Shown piece by piece: positions 34,469 to 45,838 of a stretch of 64,000 bases of DNA. The first letter of the stretch is position 1; the number at the start of each line of letters is the position of its first letter. Source of the DNA: Styela clava (taxonomy: Eukaryota); contig NC_135260.1 in the NCBI RefSeq assembly GCF_964204865.1, forward strand, positions 7,936,001 to 8,000,000. The letters run 5' to 3'. The position numbers were made by a program, and so were the translations under genes. Below the pieces are notes generated by a model. That model did no database searches and was not told the DNA's origin. It was given only the letters and a program-made list of their open reading frames with translations.

Positions 34469-36500
34469 CTAACAACGGCACGCCTGTGATAGATTCACTC
34501 TTCTTGCAAGGCCGATTACTTTTGCATGAACGTCTTTGCCTTTACTTTTTTTCGACTTAGTGCCTCTGGGGTTTATGTCACCGAAGAACCTGAAAAAAGA
34601 CCGAACTTAAATGGCGAATAGGTTTCACATATGAAATTTGGAAAACGTCCTGTCATCTCACCACCAAAATAGTAAAAACACGAACACTGGACAAAAATAG
34701 TAAAAATGTCATGTATTTATAATGTATCGTGCCTTGCCAAGGGATAAACAAAAAACTGCCAGTGGGCCAGGAATGCAATTGCTAAACCAGGAAGCACCAG
34801 ATCCTCCTAGCCTCCAGTTGTCGCAAATCGCAATAGGCTCATCCGCTCGTTGACATTCGATTGCAAATGCAGCAATTGAAAAATATTGTATTAATTTCTG
34901 TCATTAGTAATGATTTTTTGCAAATATATCAAAAATTTCCTGCTACAAAATGGAGAGCACAGTGACATCGTTTGAAATTGAAGTTCACTAAAATAGGATT
35001 GTTGTGAGTTCATTTTTCACATATGGATGTAAAACATATTAGATTAGGAGGAAACATGTGTGGTACCGCCAGTCAGTCTATTATTAACCACCTAAAACTG
35101 TTTAACTAATTAAATTATTCTCAGCCCTACTTATGGCCCAGTCCCCAGGATATGAACACCATGAGTTTGTGCAAGTCCAGTCACATATTTCCTTTTCACA
35201 ACCTATTTTTTGTATTGTATGTCATCAAATAACACTACATGACAGAAGAAACAGGTAATTCGTCAACAACGTGTACATTGTGCCAACAGCAAGAATTATA
35301 TCAGCACTGTAGACTAGCACATTTTTTCTTACCTCTGAATAAAATCAAACGTCAGCAAGGCCTTCTTTGGATATTCTATGTTGAAAACATAGAACGAAGC
35401 AAACTGAAAAGCTATCGCTTCAAAAAACGATCTACAGGAACACACCACTTCTCGTTCAGCGATGACGTAAAAAGTCTCAGCAGTCGCTACCGTGTTACCT
35501 GAAACACAAGATTGTAAACTTTAGCTTCGAATCTATAGGCTTATGAATAAAGTGAAAGTCACTCGACAGGTTGATTAATCTTATTATCTCAACTTCTAAA
35601 GCCAACTAATAACAAATACACTTACTAGAGGTGGACGATTAATGATTATTTAATAATATGCAATTACACAATTATTAATTGTATAATAGTACGATCATCT
35701 ACAAATTGGCTTTGGCTATATATCTAACATAGCAGACATGGATTTGTTCTTATTTTCACTCACCGTTGATAGCAAGCGCAACACTGATAAAACGAAGGGA
35801 GAACTTATTACATTGATGAGGCTTATGATGCGCATTATGTTCTTTCAGAAATATTATATTTCATATTTCAAGCAATGCATACTGTGGCGCAACAGTTAAA
35901 GCAGGTTGCATGACAGAAGCTGGTGATATTATTTTATAATAATCACAACTGAGAAGTATATGGCGACACAAAATGGCCTTTGAAAAAGTTGCGCAGAATT
36001 AATCACAGGAAAACAGCTATCATATCATTTTTCGAAATTGTTCCCGATATTCACAATTACATCGCTCACCTCTAACACTTACCTATGCAAGCAATAAATG
36101 GAGATTTTGGAATATCTTTTAATATCTGGGAAAAAGTGGTTTCTTTCTGAAAATAGGCAAAGTAGTGAATGTATATGCAAAAAAATTCCGTTAACCACTA
36201 TCATGCAGTTAGTTTCCAATTAATTTGCAGTCGGCTCACAAAACTTTATACGAACAGTGTTGTGCAGAAGTTACATTACTCTTGATGCAAAAACTTTCAA
36301 AAAAAAGTACTTTACACAAAAAAAGCATAGAACATACCTGGAAACACTTAAATATTTGGTTTAGGTTCTCTCCGAAATAATAGGCGATCAACGTGACCAC
36401 CCCAGTCGATTTTGGTAATTCAGTTTTCAGACTCTTTGATTCCGATTTTGAAGAACTTATAAATTCAGAAATTTTCTTATTGGTTGAATATTTCAATGTT
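34469..36500 (-). pseudogene. C-terminal exons of an animal EnSpm accessory (SAMD3-like) protein
   Basis: Spliced exons ~36500-36338 (LIAYYFGENLNQIF), 36125-36083 (ILKDIPKSPFIACIG), ~35498-35333 (FYVIAEREVV..FASFYVFNIEYPKKALLTFDFIQR), ~34589-34469 (FFGDINPRGTKSKK..KVIGL). FYVFNIEYP..T..FIQR is recalled as typical of this family. No N-terminus found. Confidence 0.65.
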
Positions 36501-36513
36501 CTAAATAATAATG

Positions 36514-36791
36514 CCTGCTAAAACGCTTAAAAACAGTGAAAAACCGTCAAAAAACACCCAGAACCCTTCTAAAACGCTCAAAAACAGTGAACAACCGTCA
36601 AAAAACACCAAGAACCCTGCTAAAACGCTTAAAAACAGTGAAAAACCGTCAAAAAAACACCAAGAACCCTGCTAAAACGCCTAAAAACAGTGAAAAACCG
36701 TCAAAAAACACCAAGAATCCTGCTAAAACGCTTAAAAACAGTGAAAACCGTCAAAAACACCAAGAACCCTGCTAAAACGCTTAAAAACAGT
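36514..36791. repeat. Minisatellite, ~51-bp unit x ~5.4
   Basis: CTGCTAAAACGCTTAAAAACAGTGAAAAACCGTCAAAAAACACCAAGAACC repeated head to tail. Confidence 0.95.
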
Positions 36792-38028
36792 CAAATAATA
36801 CAGTGTAAATTGTGAAATCGCCAAATACGTTCCGAACAAGATGGCCGCCTTGTAGACTTTGTAGGTATAGTTGAATTCATCTGTCTGTTACCGGTACCGT
36901 ACCTATTGTTGCCACTGACTTGTAACGTTTGAACGTATCATATCACCATAGGCTACCGGTAAGTTACATCTATTCCGAAACAAATACTGAAATAGCCAAT
37001 TCAGATTTTTACTCTTGGTCGTCGATATATACCGGTACCGGTAAGACGGCGAAACTAACGCAGTGTGTAAGCATGTCGCTGTATACAGGTACGGTACCGG
37101 TACCATTAGATGCTGATGTACACGGTATTTAAAGAATATTTTGGTCTACCAACTACAAGTCTGCTACTGTAACACAAACATGCTCAATCAACGCATGAAA
37201 AGCTACAAAAACCAACCGCCTAAAATAAACATCCACTAACGACAAAGAGCCTCGCTTACCGAGTCCTAATTCCTGAACCAGAAAAAGCGCGGGCTACAGG
37301 CACGTGACATTTGAGTGATGTCATAATTGGCACATTACCGGTACTAAATGACCTATGACGGTAAAGAGAAGGATTAAAATATAGGACACTTTGATCTCTG
37401 CAAAAAGTACCAGTACCGGTACCTCAATATTCAGACCACTACCCGTGGTAAATTCGCAGCTACCGTACAGACCGTTGCTAACACAATCATCAAACTCAGA
37501 CTCACGCTATTGCATACTTAACATACGTACCGCATTCAGTTTTGATACGCACGCAACCGATGCTGAGCTCCCAAACAGCTTAGCGTCCCAGCCGAGATGG
37601 GCAAGGAAACTCGAAATCAAAAATGCTGCGCACGCAACCTGCCTCGTGGAGTTTTTGCGGATGAATTTTTGGACAAATAGGTCCGCTTACTTCCGGAAAA
37701 ATAATATATAAAAACAATATCTTATCTTGTCTAATGCAATAGCAAAACAATCAGAATTTTTGGGTGATGAACCAAAATAATTTTAGAATAAAATTAATTC
37801 AAATTATTACCCAGAGCAAAATTTAGATGAAATTCTAAAGGAGTATTTAAATTTGCTTCGTGACTATATCGCATGCGTAGGTAGATAAATTCGTTTATTG
37901 GAAAGAATAGTTACTCGTAAATTAGAGGATCTTGGATTTTTTTACTTTTTCCAAGTATACTAATCTTTTTACTATTTTTCTGTTATATTAATTACTAACT
38001 GATCAGTGAAATTACTATTCATTAGTAA

Positions 38029-39102
38029 TATAGGCGCCAAATCGGAGTCGCTATCTAGCGCCAACACGCGTTAACGGACGGTTGCTCTCTGAATCGTTTC
38101 GAGACTCCACAATAAAAATACGCGTACAGATTGCCTTTTGAAATTTCTTGTTGTCACGAAAAAGGTACGTTTAAAATGCAGTGTACGTACGATTGAAATT
38201 CAATTACAGTTGAAAGTACGAATCAGTATACAGTTGTCAATTTGTACGGAAGTACGGTTTTCTAAACAGAAATGAAAAACAGTCTCAAAATATGTCACAC
38301 AATAAAACTTACTAAACATCTAACTAATTAGCACTTAAAAAACACAATATTTATCAATTTAGAATCACAAATTAATTGAAAAAGCCAAAAATACAGCACA
38401 ATTGTTTACCTTAAAATATCACTAAATAAAGCATAAAATACGACAAATCAAAGACTTACTTGACGATGTAGCCTTCAACTCAAAGAACAACCAATTATTT
38501 GACTGGAACTATTATTTTAACTAGCTCTATATTTGATCAGATCTAACAAATAAACACACAAAATATCATGAAATAACTACTTGCAACTGTTTTCCTAGCC
38601 TACTGAGAATAACGAACATCTAAACGCGAATAGAGCTGGGAAAGATTCAAAGGTAACTTTTACTAAATATATGACTTAAAAACCCGGTTCCTTGAGACCT
38701 TAAACAACTAAAAATCTAACAAAACTGGAGAGCAGATAATCACTGCCAACATTCCCGCCCAGAAAGCCGCGAGCGAAAGAACGAGCGTTGCCAGAAATAA
38801 GCAACAGCACAAAAAGAGCTGGCCTAGCAACACAGGACAAATTAGCATAATTCTATGTTCTAATTTGTTAACAGTCTGCAAATTGGGGTAGGTTGTCATC
38901 AGAAAAATATCATAAATTACACTAGTAATAAATCCTACTTGAGCAGCATTAAATTTGCCCAATACAAACCTAGAAATAATTACAAAACAATACTAGAAAC
39001 ATGGCAACATCAATGTGTGAGGTTATGTTGCAATCGCAGAATAAGCAAATCACAAAATCAGTCAAGTGTGAAATAAACGAAAACAAATGCGAGGCGGTTT
39101 CA
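38029..39102 (-). repeat. 3' LTR of the BEL/Pao element
   Basis: Direct repeat of 45839-46912; abuts the PPT. Confidence 0.96.
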
Positions 39103-39234
39103 TCCCGGCCCCTTGGAAATTTAAAATTTGCATCCACAAATTTACAAGATTTCCACACACTCAAAACACATCAAACACACTCAACAACCATGCCAGAAAG
39201 AAATTCTTTAAAACGAAATTGAAAAGTTATCAAA

Positions 39235-41955
39235 TCATGCTTCATCACACTCACGCAGAAGTACAAGTTTTGTCACAGGGCGTTGGAATATGGAATGTTT
39301 GGTTTGAACACCCACGGAACGAACCCTACCCTTGCTATCCTGGTAAGTTTCAATGACTCGTCCCAGCAACCAAGTGTTTCGTGGTTGATTCTCATTCACA
39401 ACAAGTACAATGTCATCCTTTTGAAGATCTCGTTGCACTTTGTTCCATTTTTGTCGACATTGAAGAAGCGGAAGGAATTCCTTTCTCCAACGTTTCCAGA
39501 AAACATCCGCAAGATATTGGACTTGCTTCCAACGCTTTCGAGCATACATGTCCTTGGGGTCAAACACACCTGGAGGAAGCATTGGTTCCTCTTTCATCAG
39601 TAATAAATTATTTGGACTTAATGGAGTTAAATCTTTAGGGTCGTTCGATACTGTAGTTATCGGTCGTCCATTCACAATATTTTCGCATTCGCACATAAGA
39701 GTTCTTAAACTCTCATCTGTCAACACTTGTTCACAGCAAATAGCATTAAAGATTTTCCTTATAGTTCTAATCTGTCTCTCAAACACACCACCATGATGAG
39801 ATGAAGCAGGCGTTTGAAATATCCATTTGATGTTTTTCTGTAACAAATAATCATGAATTTGGTTTTTGTTCCAAGATTTAATCGCATCTCTGAGTTCTCG
39901 TTCACCAGAGACGAAGTTAGTGCCATTATCAGATCGCATCTCAATAACTTGACCTCTCCTTGCTATGAATCTTCTAAGAGACATAATGAAAGCACTAGTG
40001 TCCAGACTGTTTGCTATTTCCACATGTACAGCGCGCGACACTAAACAAGTAAAAAGCACACCATAACGTTTAACCTCGCTCCTTCCTTGCTTGATCAAGA
40101 ATGGACCGAAACAATCCACTGCAACATATGTGAAAGGAGGTTTATCCGGTATCAAGCGATTCTCAGGTAAGTCCGCCATTAATTGGGATTCAGGAGGACG
40201 TTGTCTCTTCCTGCAAGGAACACATCCTCTCAAAACACTTCGCACCAAAGCATTACCTTTTACGATCCAATACTTTTGATTTATTTCAGCTAACACATAT
40301 TCACGACCGTTATGACCAGTTGTTCTGTGGACATAATCTATTATTAAAGAAGCAATTTTACTTTCTTTTGGGATAATAATTGGATGCTTTGCATTAAACT
40401 CAACATTTGCTGCTCTGATCCTACCTCCTACACGAAGTAGTCCGTTTTCCAAGAATGGTTGTAAATTACATAAAGAGCTTGATTTTGGAATTTGTTTTCC
40501 TTTGAACAAAACATCAATTTCTTTTGAAAAGTATTTTCTTTGTTCATGCTTTATAATTTCCACCTCAGCCAGAATCATTTCTTCTACAGTTAAAGATTCA
40601 ACAGGTCCAGATTTCAAATTGCAGTTTGATCCAACAATTGACTTTAATTTGTTTATGTAACGTAACATCCAAGCAATTATTTTCTTCAAGTGATGCCAAT
40701 TTGAATATTTAGCAACGACATCATCAAGAACACATGGTTGATCTTTCACAGCAGCAAAACATTTTTCAGGCAATTCTTTCTTAATTTCCAAATTTCCATC
40801 AGACACAGAATGTAAGAAATCAGGTTGTTCAGGCCAATCATCATGACATTTCCATAAAAAACTTGGACCAGATTTCCATTCCGGATAATTCAGGAAAGCA
40901 TCCACTGACATACCTCTGGAGGCAACATCAGCCGGATTCAATTTAGATGGCACATAATACCATTGGTTAATTTCAGAAACTTCCTTGATTAGATTTACTC
41001 TGTTAGCAACAAAAGTTTTAAATACCTTATCCTCATTAGCCAAATAGCGTAACACCGTCGTACTATCTGTCCAAAAATAAGATGCAGAAATTTCAATTTT
41101 AAGCTCATTTCTGAAAAATTTATCATTGCGCGCAGAAATAGTTGCTGCACACAGTTCGAGTCTAGGTATTGTCGAGCCTTTCAATGGTACTAGCCTAGAT
41201 TTTCCACAAAGTAACACACAGTGTATTTGTCCAGATGAATTCAACATCCTGAGATAAGACACAGCGCCATATGATTTTTCAGACGCATCCGAAAAATGAT
41301 GAATTTGAGTTTCTACAACTTCACCGTAATCCACGGGTACAAAACATCTTGGTACATTAAATTCCTTCAGTTTAGGCAACTCAGAAAGCCATTTTAGCCA
41401 TTCTTGTTCAACTCCCGGCGGTATTGGGTCATCCCAACTGAACTTCTGTCTGCAAAGCATTTGCATTAGAACCTTCACAGGCTGAAGCACTGGTTGTACC
41501 AGGCCCATTGGGTCAAAAATAGAATTCACGACACTTAACATGCCACGTCTATTACAAGGTCTCTCTTTAGGATTAACAGAGAAACACAAGATGTCTTCAT
41601 CAACAATCCAAATCATACCTAGAGCATGTTCAAGAGGTAAAGCGTCAACAGCTAAATTTAAATTTTTCAAATTCTTTGATCTCATATCTTCAGGAATTTC
41701 GGCAATAACATTGCGATCATTACTGATCCATTTTACAACTTCAAATCCGCCTTTTGCGCAGACAGCAGAAATATTTTTCACGAGAGAAACGGCACTTTCG
41801 GCATTTGGTCTTGAATCGAAAAAATCATCCACATAGAATGAATCGTTAATTGCATTTATGACACTTATATCAAAATCATGTTTATTGTCTTCGGCAGATT
41901 GTCTCAATGCATAATTACAGCAACTTGGGCTGCAAACCGTTCCAAATGGATAAGC
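39235..41955 (-). CDS. BEL/Pao pol C-terminal part (RT core, RNase H, integrase), downstream of the frameshift
   Basis: AYPFGTVCSPSCCNYAL, FYVDDF, HHFSDASEKSYGAV, TIPRLEL, H-x4-H..CVPC zinc finger, DCFGP..SDNGTNF..FERQI DDE triad. Confidence 0.93.
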   Translation of the reverse strand, partial: AYPFGTVCSPSCCNYALRQSAEDNKHDFDISVINAINDSFYVDDFFDSRPNAESAVSLVKNISAVCAKGGFEVVKWISNDRNVIAEIPEDMRSKNLKNLNLAVDALPLEHALGMIWIVDEDILCFSVNPKERPCNRRGMLSVVNSIFDPMGLVQPVLQPVKVLMQMLCRQKFSWDDPIPPGVEQEWLKWLSELPKLKEFNVPRCFVPVDYGEVVETQIHHFSDASEKSYGAVSYLRMLNSSGQIHCVLLCGKSRLVPLKGSTIPRLELCAATISARNDKFFRNELKIEISASYFWTDSTTVLRYLANEDKVFKTFVANRVNLIKEVSEINQWYYVPSKLNPADVASRGMSVDAFLNYPEWKSGPSFLWKCHDDWPEQPDFLHSVSDGNLEIKKELPEKCFAAVKDQPCVLDDVVAKYSNWHHLKKIIAWMLRYINKLKSIVGSNCNLKSGPVESLTVEEMILAEVEIIKHEQRKYFSKEIDVLFKGKQIPKSSSLCNLQPFLENGLLRVGGRIRAANVEFNAKHPIIIPKESKIASLIIDYVHRTTGHNGREYVLAEINQKYWIVKGNALVRSVLRGCVPCRKRQRPPESQLMADLPENRLIPDKPPFTYVAVDCFGPFLIKQGRSEVKRYGVLFTCLVSRAVHVEIANSLDTSAFIMSLRRFIARRGQVIEMRSDNGTNFVSGERELRDAIKSWNKNQIHDYLLQKNIKWIFQTPASSHHGGVFERQIRTIRKIFNAICCEQVLTDESLRTLMCECENIVNGRPITTVSNDPKDLTPLSPNNLLLMKEEPMLPPGVFDPKDMYARKRWKQVQYLADVFWKRWRKEFLPLLQCRQKWNKVQRDLQKDDIVLVVNENQPRNTWLLGRVIETYQDSKGRVRSVGVQTKHSIFQRPVTKLVLLRECDEA

Positions 41956-44900
41956 TGATGCGAAATTCTTTCATGGGTTTATTTATGTCGCTGTCTTCCC
42001 ACCAGAAAAATCTAAGATAATTTCTGTGTTTTTCGGGTACCTTCACTTGTAAAAACATTGAGCGAATATCTCCCTGTACAGCAACCACATTTTTGCGAAA
42101 CCTTGACAGAACACCAACCAAGTTATTGGCCAGGTCCGGCCCCTGTAACAGAACGTCGTTAAGGCAGATTCCTTGAAATTTAGATGAGCAGTCAAATACT
42201 ACACGAATTTTCTTCTTTTCAGGGTGATAAACGCCATGATGATTAATATACCAAATTTGACCATCACTTTCAGTAGAATCAGAAACTTCTTCTGCATAGC
42301 CCATAGTTAACATATTTTCCACAAAATCTTTATATTCGGAATAAAAATTTGGATCCCTAATAAATCGACGCTTGAGCGATTCGGTTCGCTGTTTCACTTG
42401 CAAATAATTTGAAGGTAATTTCGAATTTGGATTTATAAATGGCAAATCAATTTCATAGTGTCCGTCATCTTTCAACTTAATAGATTCGCTCACCCTATCA
42501 AGGAACATTTGTTGTCGAGGGGAGATTTCTTCCTTTTCATTATTAGCCGAATCAATGACATCCGTGCACATTTGACACAATGGATGCACTTCATTTTTCA
42601 CAAAATAATTACATGAATTACCTTGATTGTCATTCTTCTTAGGTGGACAACTAATCATCCATCCAGCAACAGTCTTAGATGCAAAATAGTCATGAGGGCC
42701 ATAGGCAACTTCCAAAGGTTTGTGCAATTTAGGATTATCCTTGCCAATTAAAAGACCCACTTCAGATTTAATATTTGGTATAACAACATTCTTAAATTCA
42801 ATAAATTGATCCACGTCCTTTTGAGAGGGAATATCAGATTGCTCAACACCAATTTTATCGTTTGAAAATAATGGCGTCAATGGCACATATTCAGATTCAT
42901 CAAAGTCCGAAATTTCAAGACCTTTCACAATGATACTTTGTTTACTTTCAGTTTCATTATTTATTGTACGAACATTCAAATTTATCTTGAGACCATCAAC
43001 ATTTAACTTGTGCATAAGAGACTCACTTATGAATGAGCAAGTGGAACCATTATCAAAAAATGCGTTTGTCACAATAGCATTTTTGTCACCATTAACACGT
43101 ACTTTAACAGGAATCACATTGAGCAAAACCTTTTCATTTTTAGATGTATTAACAAAAGCATTGAATTTGGTTTCAGTTTCAGGTGTTTGAGAGCCAAAAT
43201 TTTTCAAAACAGGAGATTCATCACCTTTTGTCTCAGAATGATTAATTTGAATTTTGTCTGGAGGATGAAGAACCGTTGTATGTCTTCTCTTGCATCCTTC
43301 AACCTTACAAGGCTTTGTTCGCTTACAGTCTTTGCTCCAGTGACCAGGTTCGAGGCATGAAAAACAAAGCTTTTGGTTCTTGACAAACTTAATTTTATCT
43401 TTGTAGCTCAATTCACGAAATTTAACACATTGATTCAAAAAATGATCTTTATTGCATTTAACACATTTTCGTACAGGCCTATCAACAACTGATGTAGCAA
43501 ATGTTGATCTATAGGGTTTCAGACCTTTCACAGGGTTCGATTGCTTTGGAGGTGAGTTCGAATCATTAGAAGGCAGATTCGTGTTTTCACGAGTTCGTTT
43601 TCGAACATAATTCGCCAAATATTCAACTGTTAAATTCACCTTCTTTTCATTTAAAACGTCATCAACTACAGACAGCCACCCTGCCCTCCAAGAATGAGGC
43701 ATTCTCATGGCCATCTTATCAATTGTCATAATGGATACATTATTATATTCAATTCCTATCAATGTATTCATACAGGACATCAGCTCTGCGGCAAACATTG
43801 TTAGGGCATCTTTATCAGCCAATTTTAAATTAGGACCACAGGAAACTGAATTTATACAAGCTTCCCCTATTTGATATTTTCGTCCATATGTTTCATCAAG
43901 CAACTGAATTGCTTCACTATAACATTCAGATCCACGATGCTGGCAACCTTTGACCAGTGCATGAGCAGGACCCTTTGTATATTTAAGCAAATACACCATT
44001 TTTTCTTTAGGGCTTTGAACTCTACTTCCAATTACAGTGTCAAATATATCCAAAAAATATCTGTACTCCGCAGCATCTCCAGAAAAAGTAGGGGGTTCCG
44101 AAGGTGGTAAACCAAACTGAGGTTGGGGTACATAAATTATTTGAGGGTATGACAAAACTTGATTAGGCATAACAGGCATTTGGGTCACACCTGTCAAAGG
44201 GACATTATTTGACATAGTCACTACCGGTATAGAACTTGCTTTAGGAGCAGTATAGATTGGAATCTGACTAGCATTTGAAATAGGTGAGGTGAATGGTAAA
44301 CTCACACTCATTTCAGGTATTCGAGTCACATTGTTCATAGTACACGCACTCACACTCACCCGGGGAGCTACGGTACTATCATTCAGCATATAAGAACAGG
44401 TAGTAGCCACTTCTGAACTAACATTCAACACATTTCTGGGATTCAATGACCCAGTAGTACAAATTATTTGTTCGGGCACATGAGACACATTCTCAACTGC
44501 AACATCACCACCCATAGTCACACTAACATTTTGTGGATTGCAAATTTCAATTTCAGAGGTAGGAATAACCGACTCACCATTTTCCCCGGCGATTGTCCTC
44601 TTTCTACTCATGGTACTCAACATATTCGTTCTGGTGACTTGTGTGATCTGCGGTTGTGAAAATTGTGCAGTTGTTACAGGTAACATTACAGGTGCATTTT
44701 TTATATCGGGTTCAGGTTCTGATGGTGTAGTTACAGAATTTTGTGTCGATTGTTGATTAGTAGTATCATTAGCAATAACAGCAGATGGGGATTTATTAAC
44801 AATTATCCCACTTTCTGCTAAAGTTTCATTAAAGTCCATGTCCAATCCCAGCAGTTCTCGTCGACTTCTGTCTTCGATTTCTTGCAGGGTTCTTTGTTTA

Positions 44901-45757
44901 CGTCGATCGAATGTAACGTTTTCGATCTTTCTTTTTTGTTGTATTTCCTGGCGACGACGCATAAATGCTTCTCGCTTACGTTGGTTTCCAATTCTAATTT
45001 CTTCCTCTTGACGTTGCTTTTCGTGCCTCAATTCTTCTTCTTGACGTTGCTTTTCTTTTTTCAATTCTTCTTCTTGACGTTGTTTTTCTTTTCTTAATTC
45101 TTCCTCCTCAACTTGTTGTTGTTGCAGGAGTTCTTGCCACTCCTTTTCCAGTGTCAAGTCTTCAATTTGGTTATTTTCTTCCCAAATTTCTTTTTCTTGT
45201 TGCAACCGGTTACCGAGCTGTTGTTTCTCTAGCTCAGTTTTTCTTTGCTGACTTATTTTTCGTGCTTCATAGATGTTTTCTATTTGCGACTCACTAAAAG
45301 CTGATTTTTGTGACTGGACAACAGATGTTGATCGATAACTTGCACTACGAAACGTTTTCAAGCTTCTTCTTTTTGAATTTCTTGACAAACAATCCCGAGT
45401 TAAAACAGTTGATTTCTTTTGTTTCACCTTTGATCTTGTGGTCATTACATGTGTGTTTGTTGACATTTCTTCAGCAACACAAGATGCTACAGACTTCTCT
45501 TTATTAGTGCTCTTTCGCGAACTTAGGTGAGAAACTGAATCCACATCAGGTATTCTTAGGAACAAGTCTTTACTCACACCACTAGAATGATCACTCACAA
45601 CATTTTCACTTGCCAATGCAAGACTTGATTTAGGTTGAGTTTCAACTGACATTGCAATTATTGTTGTTTCATGAACGTCTGATTTTGCAGAACCGTCATT
45701 TGTTGTTGAATCATCTTCATTGTCCTTGACATTTAAGTGAGCATCAGCCGTTGCCAT
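41915..45757 (-). CDS. BEL/Pao Gag-protease-RT N-terminal part
   Basis: 1280-aa ORF with coiled-coil EEELRKEKQRQ repeats, three Cys/His knuckles (CVKC..H..C, CFSC..H..C, C..C..H..H), protease FFDNGS, KIRVVFDCS and LLQGPDL. Confidence 0.93.
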   Translation of the reverse strand: MATADAHLNVKDNEDDSTTNDGSAKSDVHETTIIAMSVETQPKSSLALASENVVSDHSSGVSKDLFLRIPDVDSVSHLSSRKSTNKEKSVASCVAEEMSTNTHVMTTRSKVKQKKSTVLTRDCLSRNSKRRSLKTFRSASYRSTSVVQSQKSAFSESQIENIYEARKISQQRKTELEKQQLGNRLQQEKEIWEENNQIEDLTLEKEWQELLQQQQVEEEELRKEKQRQEEELKKEKQRQEEELRHEKQRQEEEIRIGNQRKREAFMRRRQEIQQKRKIENVTFDRRKQRTLQEIEDRSRRELLGLDMDFNETLAESGIIVNKSPSAVIANDTTNQQSTQNSVTTPSEPEPDIKNAPVMLPVTTAQFSQPQITQVTRTNMLSTMSRKRTIAGENGESVIPTSEIEICNPQNVSVTMGGDVAVENVSHVPEQIICTTGSLNPRNVLNVSSEVATTCSYMLNDSTVAPRVSVSACTMNNVTRIPEMSVSLPFTSPISNASQIPIYTAPKASSIPVVTMSNNVPLTGVTQMPVMPNQVLSYPQIIYVPQPQFGLPPSEPPTFSGDAAEYRYFLDIFDTVIGSRVQSPKEKMVYLLKYTKGPAHALVKGCQHRGSECYSEAIQLLDETYGRKYQIGEACINSVSCGPNLKLADKDALTMFAAELMSCMNTLIGIEYNNVSIMTIDKMAMRMPHSWRAGWLSVVDDVLNEKKVNLTVEYLANYVRKRTRENTNLPSNDSNSPPKQSNPVKGLKPYRSTFATSVVDRPVRKCVKCNKDHFLNQCVKFRELSYKDKIKFVKNQKLCFSCLEPGHWSKDCKRTKPCKVEGCKRRHTTVLHPPDKIQINHSETKGDESPVLKNFGSQTPETETKFNAFVNTSKNEKVLLNVIPVKVRVNGDKNAIVTNAFFDNGSTCSFISESLMHKLNVDGLKINLNVRTINNETESKQSIIVKGLEISDFDESEYVPLTPLFSNDKIGVEQSDIPSQKDVDQFIEFKNVVIPNIKSEVGLLIGKDNPKLHKPLEVAYGPHDYFASKTVAGWMISCPPKKNDNQGNSCNYFVKNEVHPLCQMCTDVIDSANNEKEEISPRQQMFLDRVSESIKLKDDGHYEIDLPFINPNSKLPSNYLQVKQRTESLKRRFIRDPNFYSEYKDFVENMLTMGYAEEVSDSTESDGQIWYINHHGVYHPEKKKIRVVFDCSSKFQGICLNDVLLQGPDLANNLVGVLSRFRKNVVAVQGDIRSMFLQVKVPEKHRNYLRFFWWEDSDINKPMKEFRISLSIWNGLQPKLL

Positions 45758-45838
45758 TTTTATTTAACTTCAACCAGGCAACTTCAGAATTAATGTCCAA
45801 TTTTCCTTTCAGCTTTTGTGCAAACGTCAAAAAACTTA

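Noticed and set aside
36514-36791. Regular repeat array as a possible CRISPR
   Set aside because: Head-to-tail units with no unique spacers, no cas genes, eukaryotic context. The 79-aa ORF over it is a repeat artefact.
38708-38962. Hydrophobic 84-aa ORF present twice (also 46518-46772), as a possible env or membrane peptide
   Set aside because: Lies inside the LTRs, so the duplication is trivial; non-ATG start and T-rich composition.
39283-45507. Many short plus-strand ORFs overlapping the BEL polyprotein
   Set aside because: Antisense shadows of the long coding frame with no independent signals.
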